64,000 nucleotides of DNA from Patescibacteria group bacterium (GTDB lineage Bacteria > Patescibacteriota > Microgenomatia > UBA8517): assembly GCA_036381415.1 (NCBI GenBank), contig DASVCV010000001.1, positions 69,053 through 133,052 of the forward strand, given 5' to 3'. Both the position numbers and the translations under genes were made by a program. Below the pieces are notes generated by a model, which had not been told where the DNA came from, did not search any database, and saw only the letters and a list, made by a program, of their open reading frames with translations. Positions 38,107 to 47,840 of the stretch are shown piece by piece; position 1 is the first letter of the stretch; every line of letters begins with the position of its first letter.

Positions 38107-39477
38107 ATGGAAAGAATTCGTTTTTTTGATGCTTCAATTTCACAACATATGGGCAGAAAGATTCCTGCCAATACCGAGGTTACTGTCCAAGAAGTTCTAC
38201 ATGAAGCTAAAGATTTGAATCCTCAAGTCTTCCGTTCAGAAAATTTTATTCAGGACTTTAACAATTGGAGCATAGACCCATTAGCCAGAGCTAAAACTCA
38301 AAAGTGGGAAATGGCAGTGGGGACGGTCATGTATGCAATTTCAGGTCAAATACCTGACAGAGCTGATGTTTTAAGAGGCAGACAAATAATAGATAAACTA
38401 CCCAAAGCAATTAAGGCTGACCTGGATTTACATTTTACGCTATCCTATCTTCCCTATCTTCTCGTAGGTTTCAATATCGATCCTCGTAATGTACATGTTG
38501 ATGAAGCAAATAAGATTGATAATGCCGTTGCATTTATTTTAGAGACTTACAACACTTCATCTGTGACTTCCTTGTCTTTTCTGTGTGCCCATCGTGAGTT
38601 GACCGTAAGGAAACCTATGAGTTTGGTTTCTGAACTTGCAGGAGAAAAAATCAAAAAGACAGTAAATTTGCAGTTAGGCATATTTTGTAACGCGAATATA
38701 GACGGTGCTCTACTTCTATGGAAACAGCAGGAAGCTAGCGAAAAAGCCGGTTCTAATATGTTTCCAGATATGTTTATAAACTATATGACTCATGGTCAAA
38801 TTTCGGACATGCTTCTTCTTTTAGACTCACATTTTCAACAAATGAAGGTAATTCTTGAGGAAAAAAATACTGATAAAGTAAAAATTTTACTTGAAGGACA
38901 AGATGAATACTCTTCACAACTTGAGCAGGAATTATCTCGTATATTCCATGCAAATTGGAAATATTCACCTGCTAGCGACAATTGCGCATGGCCTAATAAA
39001 TTATTATCAATTGCCGAGGAACTAACAATACATGACATTGACAGATTAAAGCCGTACTTTGAAGTTTCAAAAGAAAATGAATGGAAAAGCCACCTTGAAC
39101 AGCTAATTGATAAAAATCTTGCTCGAGCAAGAACCCTTGAAGCTGAAGGGCAAAAACTTTCTTCTGGTAAACCACTAAGTGATCTAACAGAGGCAGCGAT
39201 AAAATGGTTCAGTGAAAATCAAGGTATGACTTTTTCGGCAAAATCTCTTTATGAGACACTCTTTTATTTTTATTGGGGGCAACAAGCGGCAAAAAACAAA
39301 CAAGTTGGGGTAGGAATTGATAGAGATTATTCATCCTTTCAAACAGCTGCTTGGGAGGCCGGATATTGCATGGACAGCTCTAAAAGGGCACCTATATTAT
39401 ACGCAAGAAGAATTGATGATGAGAAGGCCGGCGGAAGGCTTAGGGAAATTTCATACAGACAGTTTTGGAGAAAATAA
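38107..39477 (+). CDS. hypothetical protein
   Basis: 456-aa ORF starting immediately after the transketolase stop; no motif recognised. Confidence 0.75.
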   Translation: MERIRFFDASISQHMGRKIPANTEVTVQEVLHEAKDLNPQVFRSENFIQDFNNWSIDPLARAKTQKWEMAVGTVMYAISGQIPDRADVLRGRQIIDKLPKAIKADLDLHFTLSYLPYLLVGFNIDPRNVHVDEANKIDNAVAFILETYNTSSVTSLSFLCAHRELTVRKPMSLVSELAGEKIKKTVNLQLGIFCNANIDGALLLWKQQEASEKAGSNMFPDMFINYMTHGQISDMLLLLDSHFQQMKVILEEKNTDKVKILLEGQDEYSSQLEQELSRIFHANWKYSPASDNCAWPNKLLSIAEELTIHDIDRLKPYFEVSKENEWKSHLEQLIDKNLARARTLEAEGQKLSSGKPLSDLTEAAIKWFSENQGMTFSAKSLYETLFYFYWGQQAAKNKQVGVGIDRDYSSFQTAAWEAGYCMDSSKRAPILYARRIDDEKAGGRLREISYRQFWRK

Positions 39478-39481
39478 TTAT

Positions 39482-40480
39482 TTATCTCAGTTTCTTAACT
39501 TCTTCTTCCAATTTTGTTAAATTATTTTTGTACCAACGGACAATATTAAAATCTTCGCGGATCATTTGTTCTTTAACATCAACTTTATTTACATACAATC
39601 TAATCAATGAATGTATGTTGGTAATAAGAAAATAGTAATAGGCTCTGAAAATCTTTGATGCTGAATTATCTTTAAAACTCGATTTTAAATATGGTTGGAT
39701 TGATGTGAGAATATTCGCTATCTCAGAGACTTCGAGGTTTACCCTTTCAGGATCAGGTTTAAATAGTGTAAATGTAATTGTTTTCATCAGGTCGACTTCT
39801 ACGAAACCATAGTCAGATTTTTCCCAATCAACAATCCAGAAGTTATTATTTTTATCTCTAATAATGTTTTGCTTTAAAAAATCCCCATGAAGAATTTGTC
39901 CTTTTGTTTGAAAATTTAATATTTCCGATCTATTATTCTCCACTTCTGTTTTTAAGAACTCTAAATATTCTAAATCTCTTGGAGCAGAGGGGAATTGGCT
40001 GCTTTTGATTGCGGTTTCAAGCTGGTTTACATTTCTCATAAAAAGCCAATACCTGTCCTCAAAGGACACTGTTCGTTCTTTGCTTATTTTTTTAAGCTCA
40101 GTATTGGTTTGCGAATATAGTGGGAAAAATTCTGGATTATTGTCACGCATTTGCACTTCTGCTTCGGTACGCAAATCTACTCCATCTATATATCTTGAAA
40201 CGGTAAATATACTACCTTGAAATTCAGTTAGATATTCGTTGTCTTTATTTCTTATTAGCTGTGGTATTTGAATTGTTGTGTTGGCCAAATATTGAGTTGA
40301 TTTTTCCACATCGTTTTTTGCCCTGCCTATTTGAGACTGATAATATTTTTTTACAAAGAATATTCCTTGGGTTGTTTCAACTATCGAAAACAAGGATGAT
40401 GGATCATTAAATTTGGAAAAAATCGGCACAAAGGGTTTGACTTCAACCACATCTCCAATAGAATATCTTTCTTTAATCAT
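39482..40480 (-). CDS. APH/choline-kinase-like phosphotransferase
   Basis: FVKK, HGDFLKQNII, IVDWE. Confidence 0.85.
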   Translation of the reverse strand: MIKERYSIGDVVEVKPFVPIFSKFNDPSSLFSIVETTQGIFFVKKYYQSQIGRAKNDVEKSTQYLANTTIQIPQLIRNKDNEYLTEFQGSIFTVSRYIDGVDLRTEAEVQMRDNNPEFFPLYSQTNTELKKISKERTVSFEDRYWLFMRNVNQLETAIKSSQFPSAPRDLEYLEFLKTEVENNRSEILNFQTKGQILHGDFLKQNIIRDKNNNFWIVDWEKSDYGFVEVDLMKTITFTLFKPDPERVNLEVSEIANILTSIQPYLKSSFKDNSASKIFRAYYYFLITNIHSLIRLYVNKVDVKEQMIREDFNIVRWYKNNLTKLEEEVKKLR

Positions 40481-40482
40481 AA

Positions 40483-41421
40483 TTATATTTCCTTTGCTCT
40501 TTGTTCGGCACTTAAAAGCGCGCCTGGAATGTTAATTTTCTTTTTATTTAATGCAAGGTCTAGGTCTCCTATACAAATAAAATCTTCAACACTACAGTTA
40601 ACCAACTTTGGCCACCTTCCTTCAAAACCTATAAAAACACCTACATATGCTCCATGAGGTGCCTTTATCTGATATTGACTGTCCGTGGAGATGATTTTCT
40701 CAACTAAATTATTTTCATTTAATTTTATTTCTTCTATTTGCCAACAGTTATCAATAATTTGAATGGTTCCTTTTTTAACATAAGACTCTACATCTCTTAC
40801 AAAATCAGGGTTTGCGTGATCGGCAAACTTATTTTTAACAAAAATTGTTATTGGCCCACGAGGAATTTGTGTATATTTTTCCTCTATGTGCTTAGCAACT
40901 CTTGCGGCTTTAAGTAATGTTTTATCCCCACTACCAATAAGAATTATTTCGTGGTTAGAGAAATCGATTTTCTTTAGATCTTCTGCTGAAAAGCTAGATA
41001 TGTTAAATTCCTGGGCGGGCAATCTTCTTATGGCATCAATTTGTTTAAGTCTTGCGCCCGTGGCTAAAACTACATTTTCTGCTTTATATACTTCTCCACT
41101 TTCAGTTGCTAGCTGATATATGTTTTCAGTTTTAGTTATTTGCTTTATTTCGGAATATTGGACTACTCCGTTAAATCCTTTTTGAAAATAATCTGCAATT
41201 CCAGAACCTAGGTGTTTTCCGTCAACTAAAAAGTCCCATTTGGTTTTCTCGTCGGCTTCATGGTTCCTAACAAATAGGCCGTAAGTAGACAGTTCAGAAC
41301 ACAACTCGTTCCCTTTTTCAAATAGAATAATGTTTGTCTTGTGACTTTTGACTAATTCCTGATAGAAAACGATTCCAGCAGGACCACCTCCAACAATGGC
41401 ATATTCGTATTCTTTTTTCAT
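40483..41421 (-). CDS. FAD/NAD(P)-binding oxidoreductase (thioredoxin-reductase-like fold, no CxxC)
   Basis: IVGGGPAG, LATG, IGSG, IGD. Confidence 0.8.
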   Translation of the reverse strand: MKKEYEYAIVGGGPAGIVFYQELVKSHKTNIILFEKGNELCSELSTYGLFVRNHEADEKTKWDFLVDGKHLGSGIADYFQKGFNGVVQYSEIKQITKTENIYQLATESGEVYKAENVVLATGARLKQIDAIRRLPAQEFNISSFSAEDLKKIDFSNHEIILIGSGDKTLLKAARVAKHIEEKYTQIPRGPITIFVKNKFADHANPDFVRDVESYVKKGTIQIIDNCWQIEEIKLNENNLVEKIISTDSQYQIKAPHGAYVGVFIGFEGRWPKLVNCSVEDFICIGDLDLALNKKKINIPGALLSAEQRAKEI

Positions 41422-42377
41422 CTCGAGCTAAGTGCAAGCAGGTGTTGTTCTATTGAAGCCACAAGTGCTTGAGCGTTATATCCTCCTTCCAGGACAGAAA
41501 TGACTGGTATATTAGCAAAGGTGTCTGTTAATTTTTTGGTCATCTCAAAGTAAGCTTTCTCTTCAAGTGAAAATCCACGCATTGGGTCTCTTTTGTGCGT
41601 ATCGAATCCCGCTGAAACCAAAACAATATCAGGAGAGAATGTTTGTTGTATCTTTTCTACCTGACTGGAGAATTTTTTAAGATATTCAGATTGTGTAGAA
41701 GATCGCGGTACTTGAATGAGGCTCTGCCTGTTCTTAATCTCGGGTTTTTTTGGTTTTCCAATGATAGGAAAGTCTATTGTTGATATATCAAAAAAATAAA
41801 TTGAGTCTATTTTCTTAACAACAGAGAATGTGCCATTTCCAAAATGGGTATCCCAATCTATAACCAGCACCTTCTTTTCTGGGTGGAGATTTAGAAAGAA
41901 TTTACTGGCAATCGCAACATTATTGAAAATACAGAACCCGGCCGCTTCCCTGCGAGAAGCATGGTGTCCCGGTGGTCGGATAGCACAAAAAGCATAGTCA
42001 AGCTTATTCTCGGTTATATATGTAATAGCGGCACATGCGGTAGAAGCGGCCAAATAGGCGGCTTCAAACGTTCCACTATCAATGTATGTATCTTTTCTGT
42101 CTAAATACCAGTTTCGTTTTTTAACTTTTCTAGAAATACGCTTAATTTTTTCAATATATTTGGAATCGTGTACAAGTTCTACACACCCAGCTATTAATTC
42201 TGATTGAGGAACGAATTTTAAATTCTGTAGATCTGGATTTTGTTTTAGATGTTCTTCCAAAGATGCTAATCTTTTTCCAGATTCGGGATGGGAAAAATCT
42301 CTACATTCGTGTTGAACGGCGGTGGCAACATAGAAGAGACCAACTCGGTTATTTTTTTCTACTGAAGATCTTTCCAT
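41418..42377 (-). CDS. histone deacetylase family Zn amidohydrolase
   Basis: HPES..R, RPPGHH, GFCIFNN, DWDTHFGNG, SAGFD, EGGY. Confidence 0.93.
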   Translation of the reverse strand: MERSSVEKNNRVGLFYVATAVQHECRDFSHPESGKRLASLEEHLKQNPDLQNLKFVPQSELIAGCVELVHDSKYIEKIKRISRKVKKRNWYLDRKDTYIDSGTFEAAYLAASTACAAITYITENKLDYAFCAIRPPGHHASRREAAGFCIFNNVAIASKFFLNLHPEKKVLVIDWDTHFGNGTFSVVKKIDSIYFFDISTIDFPIIGKPKKPEIKNRQSLIQVPRSSTQSEYLKKFSSQVEKIQQTFSPDIVLVSAGFDTHKRDPMRGFSLEEKAYFEMTKKLTDTFANIPVISVLEGGYNAQALVASIEQHLLALSSR

Positions 42378-42391
42378 TTTAGATTACCTAT

Positions 42392-42916
42392 TCAGCCTTT
42401 CAAGGCATTCGTAAATTCCTCTGAATATGGGTAATCGTGGGTATCGGCAGGTTTAGAAATTACTTTTAGGTTCGGATTTATAGAATGGAGGAATTCTCTA
42501 ATTTCCTCAAAACTGCCGTGGTTGTCTTGTTCGTTTTGAATACAGATAAAGTTGTTATCTGGAAATGTTTTCAATATTTGGTATGACTTTTTCTCTTCTT
42601 CTCCCAAATCTCTTAGTGGAATTCCACAGAGGACCAGTTTATTGACTGTGTTTGGGTTTGTCTTCAGAATATTCATAGCAACTGCGGTTCCAATAGATTT
42701 TGCTAAGATATTTAGCTTCTCGCCTTCCATTTTTTTTGCTACACGAGAAACCTCTACTTTCATCCACTCTCCCCAGTCAGCAAAAGAGGTATTGTTAGTA
42801 GTCCAATGGTCCCATTCCACCACCTCGGCCGGAATTTCAGGTTCCAGTGCCTTTTTGGTCTCGTATGCCCAATCCTTATTTTTGATCGAAAAACCCGGCA
42901 AAATCATTGTTTTCAT
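42392..42916 (-). CDS. small alpha/beta hydrolase
   Basis: LPGFS, AKSIG elbow, D...H at C-terminus. Confidence 0.75.
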   Translation of the reverse strand: MKTMILPGFSIKNKDWAYETKKALEPEIPAEVVEWDHWTTNNTSFADWGEWMKVEVSRVAKKMEGEKLNILAKSIGTAVAMNILKTNPNTVNKLVLCGIPLRDLGEEEKKSYQILKTFPDNNFICIQNEQDNHGSFEEIREFLHSINPNLKVISKPADTHDYPYSEEFTNALKG

Positions 42917-42945
42917 GGAGATAGTTTAACATAAATAGCTGATTT

Positions 42946-43308
42946 ATGAGAATTACTGAGGATAAGTATGACAAGTTTTATCAGTCTTTCTGTGACCGTA
43001 TAGCAGAAATAGATACGCGACTGGCTATGCTTCAGGGCGCCGAAGACAACTATTACATCACGGCTAAATATATACTGGAATTAGCAAATCGAGCGTATGA
43101 TTTATTCAAAAGTTCTGAAATTGAGGAAAGACGCCAACTTTTGAAGCTCACACTTCAAAACATAACCCTAGGTGGTAAAACAGTCCGATTCCAAGCTCAA
43201 AAACTCTTTGATACAATCTTAAATTTCGCAGATAGTCCTTCTTGGCTCCACCTGATGGATGAAGTTAGAACTTATTGTCAAAATATCTGTTGTATAATTT
43301 ATATATGA
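42946..43308 (+). pseudogene. C-terminal remnant of a large serine recombinase
   Basis: Coiled-coil then LFKSSEIEERRQLLKLTLQN...F...WL..MDEVRT tail typical of such integrases; catalytic domain absent. Confidence 0.65.
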
Positions 43309-43709
43309 AAATCAAGATACTTCTTGAGGAACTAGATAAGCTTGGTATTCCAAAGGACAAAATGGCTATCACTTCCTCTGGGCCTTTAGGGATAAGGAAT
43401 TTGCGTGAAATCAATGACTTGGACATAATTGTACTTCCAGAAGTTTGGAGTGATCTTGTCAAAAAATATGATGTAACAAAGGAGGACAACTTTGAATCAA
43501 TTTATATTGGCAACGTACAAGTTTTGGGCGAAGGTTCTTGGTTTACTGATCCGAAGCTTGGAAGTGTAGAAGAAGATATTAAAAACGCCGATGTGATTAA
43601 TGGATACAGATACGTAAAATTAGACAAAATATTAAAAATAAAAAGACTTAAAGATAGAGAGAAAGATATTAAAGATGTAAAAATAATTGAAGAGTATATG
43701 AAAAAGTGA
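43305..43709 (+). CDS. nucleotidyltransferase-like hypothetical protein
   Basis: SSGPLGIRNLREINDLDI and REKDIKD motifs; start moved to ATG 43305. Confidence 0.65.
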   Translation: MKIKILLEELDKLGIPKDKMAITSSGPLGIRNLREINDLDIIVLPEVWSDLVKKYDVTKEDNFESIYIGNVQVLGEGSWFTDPKLGSVEEDIKNADVINGYRYVKLDKILKIKRLKDREKDIKDVKIIEEYMKK

Positions 43710-43788
43710 AGAAGGTCTCCCTTCCTTCCCAAACTATCTAGCTCTACTTGGTGGATAAAGCCAGAACTTGTTGTACAGCAAGATGGGC

Positions 43789-43815
43789 TATGGAGCTATT
43801 TCTCTCCAGATAACT
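43789..43815. repeat. 27-bp direct repeat, left copy (att-like)
   Basis: TATGGAGCTATTTCTCTCCAGATAACT, identical to 47936-47962. Confidence 0.95.
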
Positions 43816-43892
43816 GGTTTCTCCAGAGCGCTAAATTTAAATTTTGTCTAGTGCAGCTTGTGTCAGGCTGATATAATGCTTGTTGAATCTAA

Positions 43893-44813
43893 ATGCCAGG
43901 AATAGAACATTTTTCCACAGTTAATACTCCCTTGGATCAATATAGAGAATCTATTGAGTTGGAATTAGTGAAAAGAGTTGAAGTTCCATTCACGAAGGGA
44001 GAAATTATTTATGCACAGACTGAGTCAGGTGTGAGTGTGGTGGTTAAAAAACCTCTGCGCAAAGAGCAAGCAGAGCACGAATGGGTAGGATTAAACAAGG
44101 CACATTCAACAGGAATTTTAGTACCATTGCCGATTGCACTTATAAATTACAGCCAAGAACAGTTGGCTATTGTTTCTGCTCTAGTTGACGGAAATAACCT
44201 ATATTATTTCCCTAACCCCAAAATTAAATCTGAGATTGGTAGGCAAGTCAGGATAATGCATGACCTAGCAGAAGTTGACGGAAGAACTTGGGAATCAAGC
44301 GGACGAAAAACTTTTGAGTATTACGACAAATATAAATTTAATTGGTCTAGAGGGAAAATCGAAGAACTTAGCATTGATAGCGAGACATCTTTATTATTGA
44401 CTTCTCTTGCAATAAATATGGAGGTTTTTTGCAGAGAGTCCCAACCCACCTTTAATCACAACGATTTGCATGACGGTCAGATTATTGTAGATAAAAACAA
44501 CACTCCTGTGATTATAGATTTCGGCAACTGGAATGAAGAAACGTGGCTCAATGACCTGGGTTACTACTTATTTCATTTAATAAGAACTGATAGAAATAAT
44601 GATGACTTTGGAAATTTTTTAGATGGCTACACTGGAGGTAAAAAATTTTCTGATGTTGAGAAATCCAACTTAGCATTCTACTTGTTATTTATATCATCAA
44701 GGGCTCTAGCCTACTTTTACAGAAACAATAGTCCATACCTTGCAATAGCTAAAGATACACACACGAAAGTATTAGCTTACTTAGCTGATGAAGTATTATG
44801 GAAATCTTATTGA
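43893..44813 (+). CDS. APH-family phosphotransferase
   Basis: VVVKK...EHE, HNDLHDGQI, IIDFG, NDL. Confidence 0.85.
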   Translation: MPGIEHFSTVNTPLDQYRESIELELVKRVEVPFTKGEIIYAQTESGVSVVVKKPLRKEQAEHEWVGLNKAHSTGILVPLPIALINYSQEQLAIVSALVDGNNLYYFPNPKIKSEIGRQVRIMHDLAEVDGRTWESSGRKTFEYYDKYKFNWSRGKIEELSIDSETSLLLTSLAINMEVFCRESQPTFNHNDLHDGQIIVDKNNTPVIIDFGNWNEETWLNDLGYYLFHLIRTDRNNDDFGNFLDGYTGGKKFSDVEKSNLAFYLLFISSRALAYFYRNNSPYLAIAKDTHTKVLAYLADEVLWKSY

Positions 44814-45460
44814 TTCGACTTTTTTTCTAAGTACTTAAGGTGAGAGTAGTTATTTATATAGTTAATTTGCCAAGTTTGCCATTGGCTGCTGTGGATTAAA
44901 AGCGAGAGACCTGTATTGTTGATTGCTAGATTGTTGATAGCTCTAAACATACTTTCGTGTGAATAGTTCCTGCCTAACAAAACATTGCTTAATAGACACC
45001 TTATAAAAAGATCGTGAGATACAACTAAAACGCGTTTACCTTGGTAGTTTTTTGTTAAAAACAGCAACAACTTAGAAGTACGGTCTAGAACTTCGCGGGT
45101 TGATTCTTCTTTTCCTTCAAATTTCCAGTCCAAATTTCCAAAGTTTTTACGGTATTCATTAGCATATTTCATAGAAATTTCGCTGTTTCTTAAAGCGCCA
45201 TACATATCAGGAAGTTGTTTTCTCTCGTGGATATAATCCAAAATCTCAAAGTCAATTTGAGCTTCTTTAGAAATAATTTCTGCGGTTTTGCGAGATCGCT
45301 CCCAATCGCTCGAAAAAATTTTATCTATTTTGTAAAATTTCACCTGTTTACCAAGAGCTTCGGCTTGTTTCTTACCGATATCGCTAAGCTTTGAATTTGG
45401 CGTTTGCCAACGATCTTTTACGGCTTCACCCTCGGCGTGTCTAGCAAGAAATAAGAACAT
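44807..45460 (-). CDS. histidine phosphatase (PGM family)
   Basis: LARHA, RSRKTA, EES, VSHD, NTG. Confidence 0.88.
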   Translation of the reverse strand: MFLFLARHAEGEAVKDRWQTPNSKLSDIGKKQAEALGKQVKFYKIDKIFSSDWERSRKTAEIISKEAQIDFEILDYIHERKQLPDMYGALRNSEISMKYANEYRKNFGNLDWKFEGKEESTREVLDRTSKLLLFLTKNYQGKRVLVVSHDLFIRCLLSNVLLGRNYSHESMFRAINNLAINNTGLSLLIHSSQWQTWQINYINNYSHLKYLEKKSNQ

Positions 45461-45473
45461 CTAGAGAATTATA

Positions 45474-46244
45474 CTATAAAGTCCCTATCGCGATAACCCC
45501 AATTACACTTTCGTCTATTTTGTCGAAATCCAGTAATTGGTTTAATCCATCATCTATAAATCCTCCAATAGAACAGGCACCTAACCCAAGCTCTTGTGCA
45601 ATTAGATTTATGTTTTGAGCATAATGCCCATATTCTGTATAAATGTGTCGCAGGCCTCGATCTCCGTACTTACTTTCTGTTCTATCAAAGATAGCAGATA
45701 CAATGATTAAAAGAGACGCTTTGCGTATCCATGGCTGGTTAAATTGCTTTATGGTTTTGATGAAAAATGACTTATCGTAAATTTTTTCCAGTGAATGGCT
45801 TTTAACGTGATAATGATATATTCCTGGTTTTATATTTTCAGATCGAAAAACAATAGGATAAATTTCCAAAGGATATCTTGCTCCTGCCGATGGGTAAAAC
45901 CTTCTCTCACCGGCTTTTTTGAATAATAGTTGTTTTAGACCTCCGGAAAAATATAACAGATTGGAAAGGTCACTAATCTTAATATATTTTTTGGTAAATT
46001 TTCTTGTAGAGACTCTTTTGACCAATGCATCGTTTAGACTCCATTTTGCGGCAACTGGAACAGGTAGCAAAGCTTGGTTCATTCTCGGATAAGCTTTGTA
46101 ATAAATCTTTTTCCACTGTTCAGGCCAAGTACTATATGGAGTTTTTTTGTAATTACTGAAATCCTTTATTTTTATACTATTGTTGAACTTTCTCGACAAA
46201 GAAAGATCCAATTTCTCTAAAATACTTACAGTTTTATTTTTCAT
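45474..46244 (-). CDS. SagB/ThcOx-family FMN-dependent azoline dehydrogenase
   Basis: KRVSTRKF, RFYPSAGARYPLE, KYGDRG, EYGHYAQN, SIGGF. Confidence 0.92.
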   Translation of the reverse strand: MKNKTVSILEKLDLSLSRKFNNSIKIKDFSNYKKTPYSTWPEQWKKIYYKAYPRMNQALLPVPVAAKWSLNDALVKRVSTRKFTKKYIKISDLSNLLYFSGGLKQLLFKKAGERRFYPSAGARYPLEIYPIVFRSENIKPGIYHYHVKSHSLEKIYDKSFFIKTIKQFNQPWIRKASLLIIVSAIFDRTESKYGDRGLRHIYTEYGHYAQNINLIAQELGLGACSIGGFIDDGLNQLLDFDKIDESVIGVIAIGTL

Positions 46245-47551
46245 AAGAATGGATGTGGGTAAGCGTTTAGTTTAGCGTTGCGTTTGTATCCTAACTTAGA
46301 TGGCACGTCATATAGCCTTTTCCCTCCCCATAGTGGAAACTTTTCGTCTAAGTATAAGGGTTGCATACCTGGAACTAAAACTTTTACAGCCTTGAAAGGA
46401 ATATTTTTAAAATACATTGGAGTTATATCTTTATAATAAATTGTATAGTTCCTTTTTCTTAAAATATTCTTTAACTGTGTAATTTGTGCCTGCACTGACA
46501 CTCTCTTATTTTTAGGTCCAATATTTTTGATTTTCAGTTCTTTAATTAAAAAGTTAATTTTAGAAATTGATCTAGGATGGTACCAAAGCAACCCTCTGTT
46601 TTTTATACTTGAATCCTCAAACAGTTTCACTTTCGAAATACTCACAGGGTTTTTAATGTATGCTTCTCTAATCCAACTCCTAGTATGAAAAGCTTCATTA
46701 ATAGATCCGACAATAGCCTTTTCCACATCTAAATTAGCTTTAAGGCCGACAGAGACAGCCTTACTTAACCCTGAACGGTCAATTAATATAGAAGCAACAA
46801 CAGGTATATCTAAATCTGTACTAATATCTACTGAATATAACTCCATGTTATACCTATCTGTAATTTCAACTAATGAACTTATAATTTTATTTTTAGAGGA
46901 TCTCAAATCATATTTTTTTGGCTTCAGTTTGTTCAAATAGTAGATCATAAAAGAATCTCTCTCAATAATTTCGTAAATTCCTGCTAAAATTGCTGAATCC
47001 AAATTAGAATGACCTGCAGCACCTGTGCTTATTGAAGGGTGTATTATTGGTTCGCTTTGAATTGGATCGTATGAAAGATAAATTGATTGGCAAGGGACAA
47101 GGTATTCTTTGCTGTTAGTTAATGATTTAACTTTTGTCCATCTAAACCTAGACTTTTCATCAATTAGAAATTTTTTATACTCGTTAATATGTAGTTGTTT
47201 CTCAGAAAAATACACAAACAACCTTGGGTTTATTGCACTAGTTTTAACATCTGAATATGTACCTGTAAAATCAACATCTTTTTGGAAAAAAGCAAAATTA
47301 CTATATCTCTCCAAAGCCTCAACTAAAGCTTTGAGTACAGCCATCTTTTGTGAGAAAAAAGAAACGCCAGAAGAATTAGAACTAAAGTGCAGACCATCAT
47401 GTGTTAGGTTCTTATCGCTTAACGTTGCAGAGTAAAACCAAAATTTAGGCTCATCATAATGTTGCCTAGTTCTTTCAAAAGACTCAACTAGATTGATTTG
47501 ACCTAGAGCAGAATCAAGCCCTTTGATTATGTTAGAAGTACTTTTTTTCAT
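46241..47551 (-). CDS. YcaO-family cyclodehydratase
   Basis: SGVS...KALVEALERY, STGAAGH, YEIIERD, C-terminal PHPFL (PxP); start moved to ATG 47551. Confidence 0.93.
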   Translation of the reverse strand: MKKSTSNIIKGLDSALGQINLVESFERTRQHYDEPKFWFYSATLSDKNLTHDGLHFSSNSSGVSFFSQKMAVLKALVEALERYSNFAFFQKDVDFTGTYSDVKTSAINPRLFVYFSEKQLHINEYKKFLIDEKSRFRWTKVKSLTNSKEYLVPCQSIYLSYDPIQSEPIIHPSISTGAAGHSNLDSAILAGIYEIIERDSFMIYYLNKLKPKKYDLRSSKNKIISSLVEITDRYNMELYSVDISTDLDIPVVASILIDRSGLSKAVSVGLKANLDVEKAIVGSINEAFHTRSWIREAYIKNPVSISKVKLFEDSSIKNRGLLWYHPRSISKINFLIKELKIKNIGPKNKRVSVQAQITQLKNILRKRNYTIYYKDITPMYFKNIPFKAVKVLVPGMQPLYLDEKFPLWGGKRLYDVPSKLGYKRNAKLNAYPHPFL

Positions 47552-47605
47552 AAAACACAATCAAAACTACAAAGACACTATATATCGATTCAAAGAGATA
47601 ATGCC

Positions 47606-47803
47606 TTATTTGTTCGTTTTTCTATTTTTACTACCACCATCGCATCCGCAGCTCGCGCATGATGAGCAGCTACCGCAGCTATTTGACCCACAAGCACAAT
47701 TGGAACAATTTCCACAGCTTTGTGCGCAATCGTCCTCATTGCCTGCTACAGGAATATTTTGGTGTGGTATGGCTTCAGTTAAGCTTCTTTCTTCTCTACT
47801 CAT
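47606..47803 (-). CDS. Cys/Ser-rich RiPP precursor peptide
   Basis: 65 aa; 10 Cys and 9 Ser in residues 26-58; RBS AAGGGGTGAG; directly upstream of ycaO. Confidence 0.85.
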   Translation of the reverse strand: MSREERSLTEAIPHQNIPVAGNEDDCAQSCGNCSNCACGSNSCGSCSSCASCGCDGGSKNRKTNK

Positions 47804-47840
47804 TCAACTCACCCCCTTTAGTACAAGACATGTGGATATC

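Noticed and set aside
47606-47803. Metallothionein reading of the Cys-rich peptide
   Set aside because: Less likely than a RiPP precursor given the leader/core split and position ahead of ycaO-sagB; not fully excluded.
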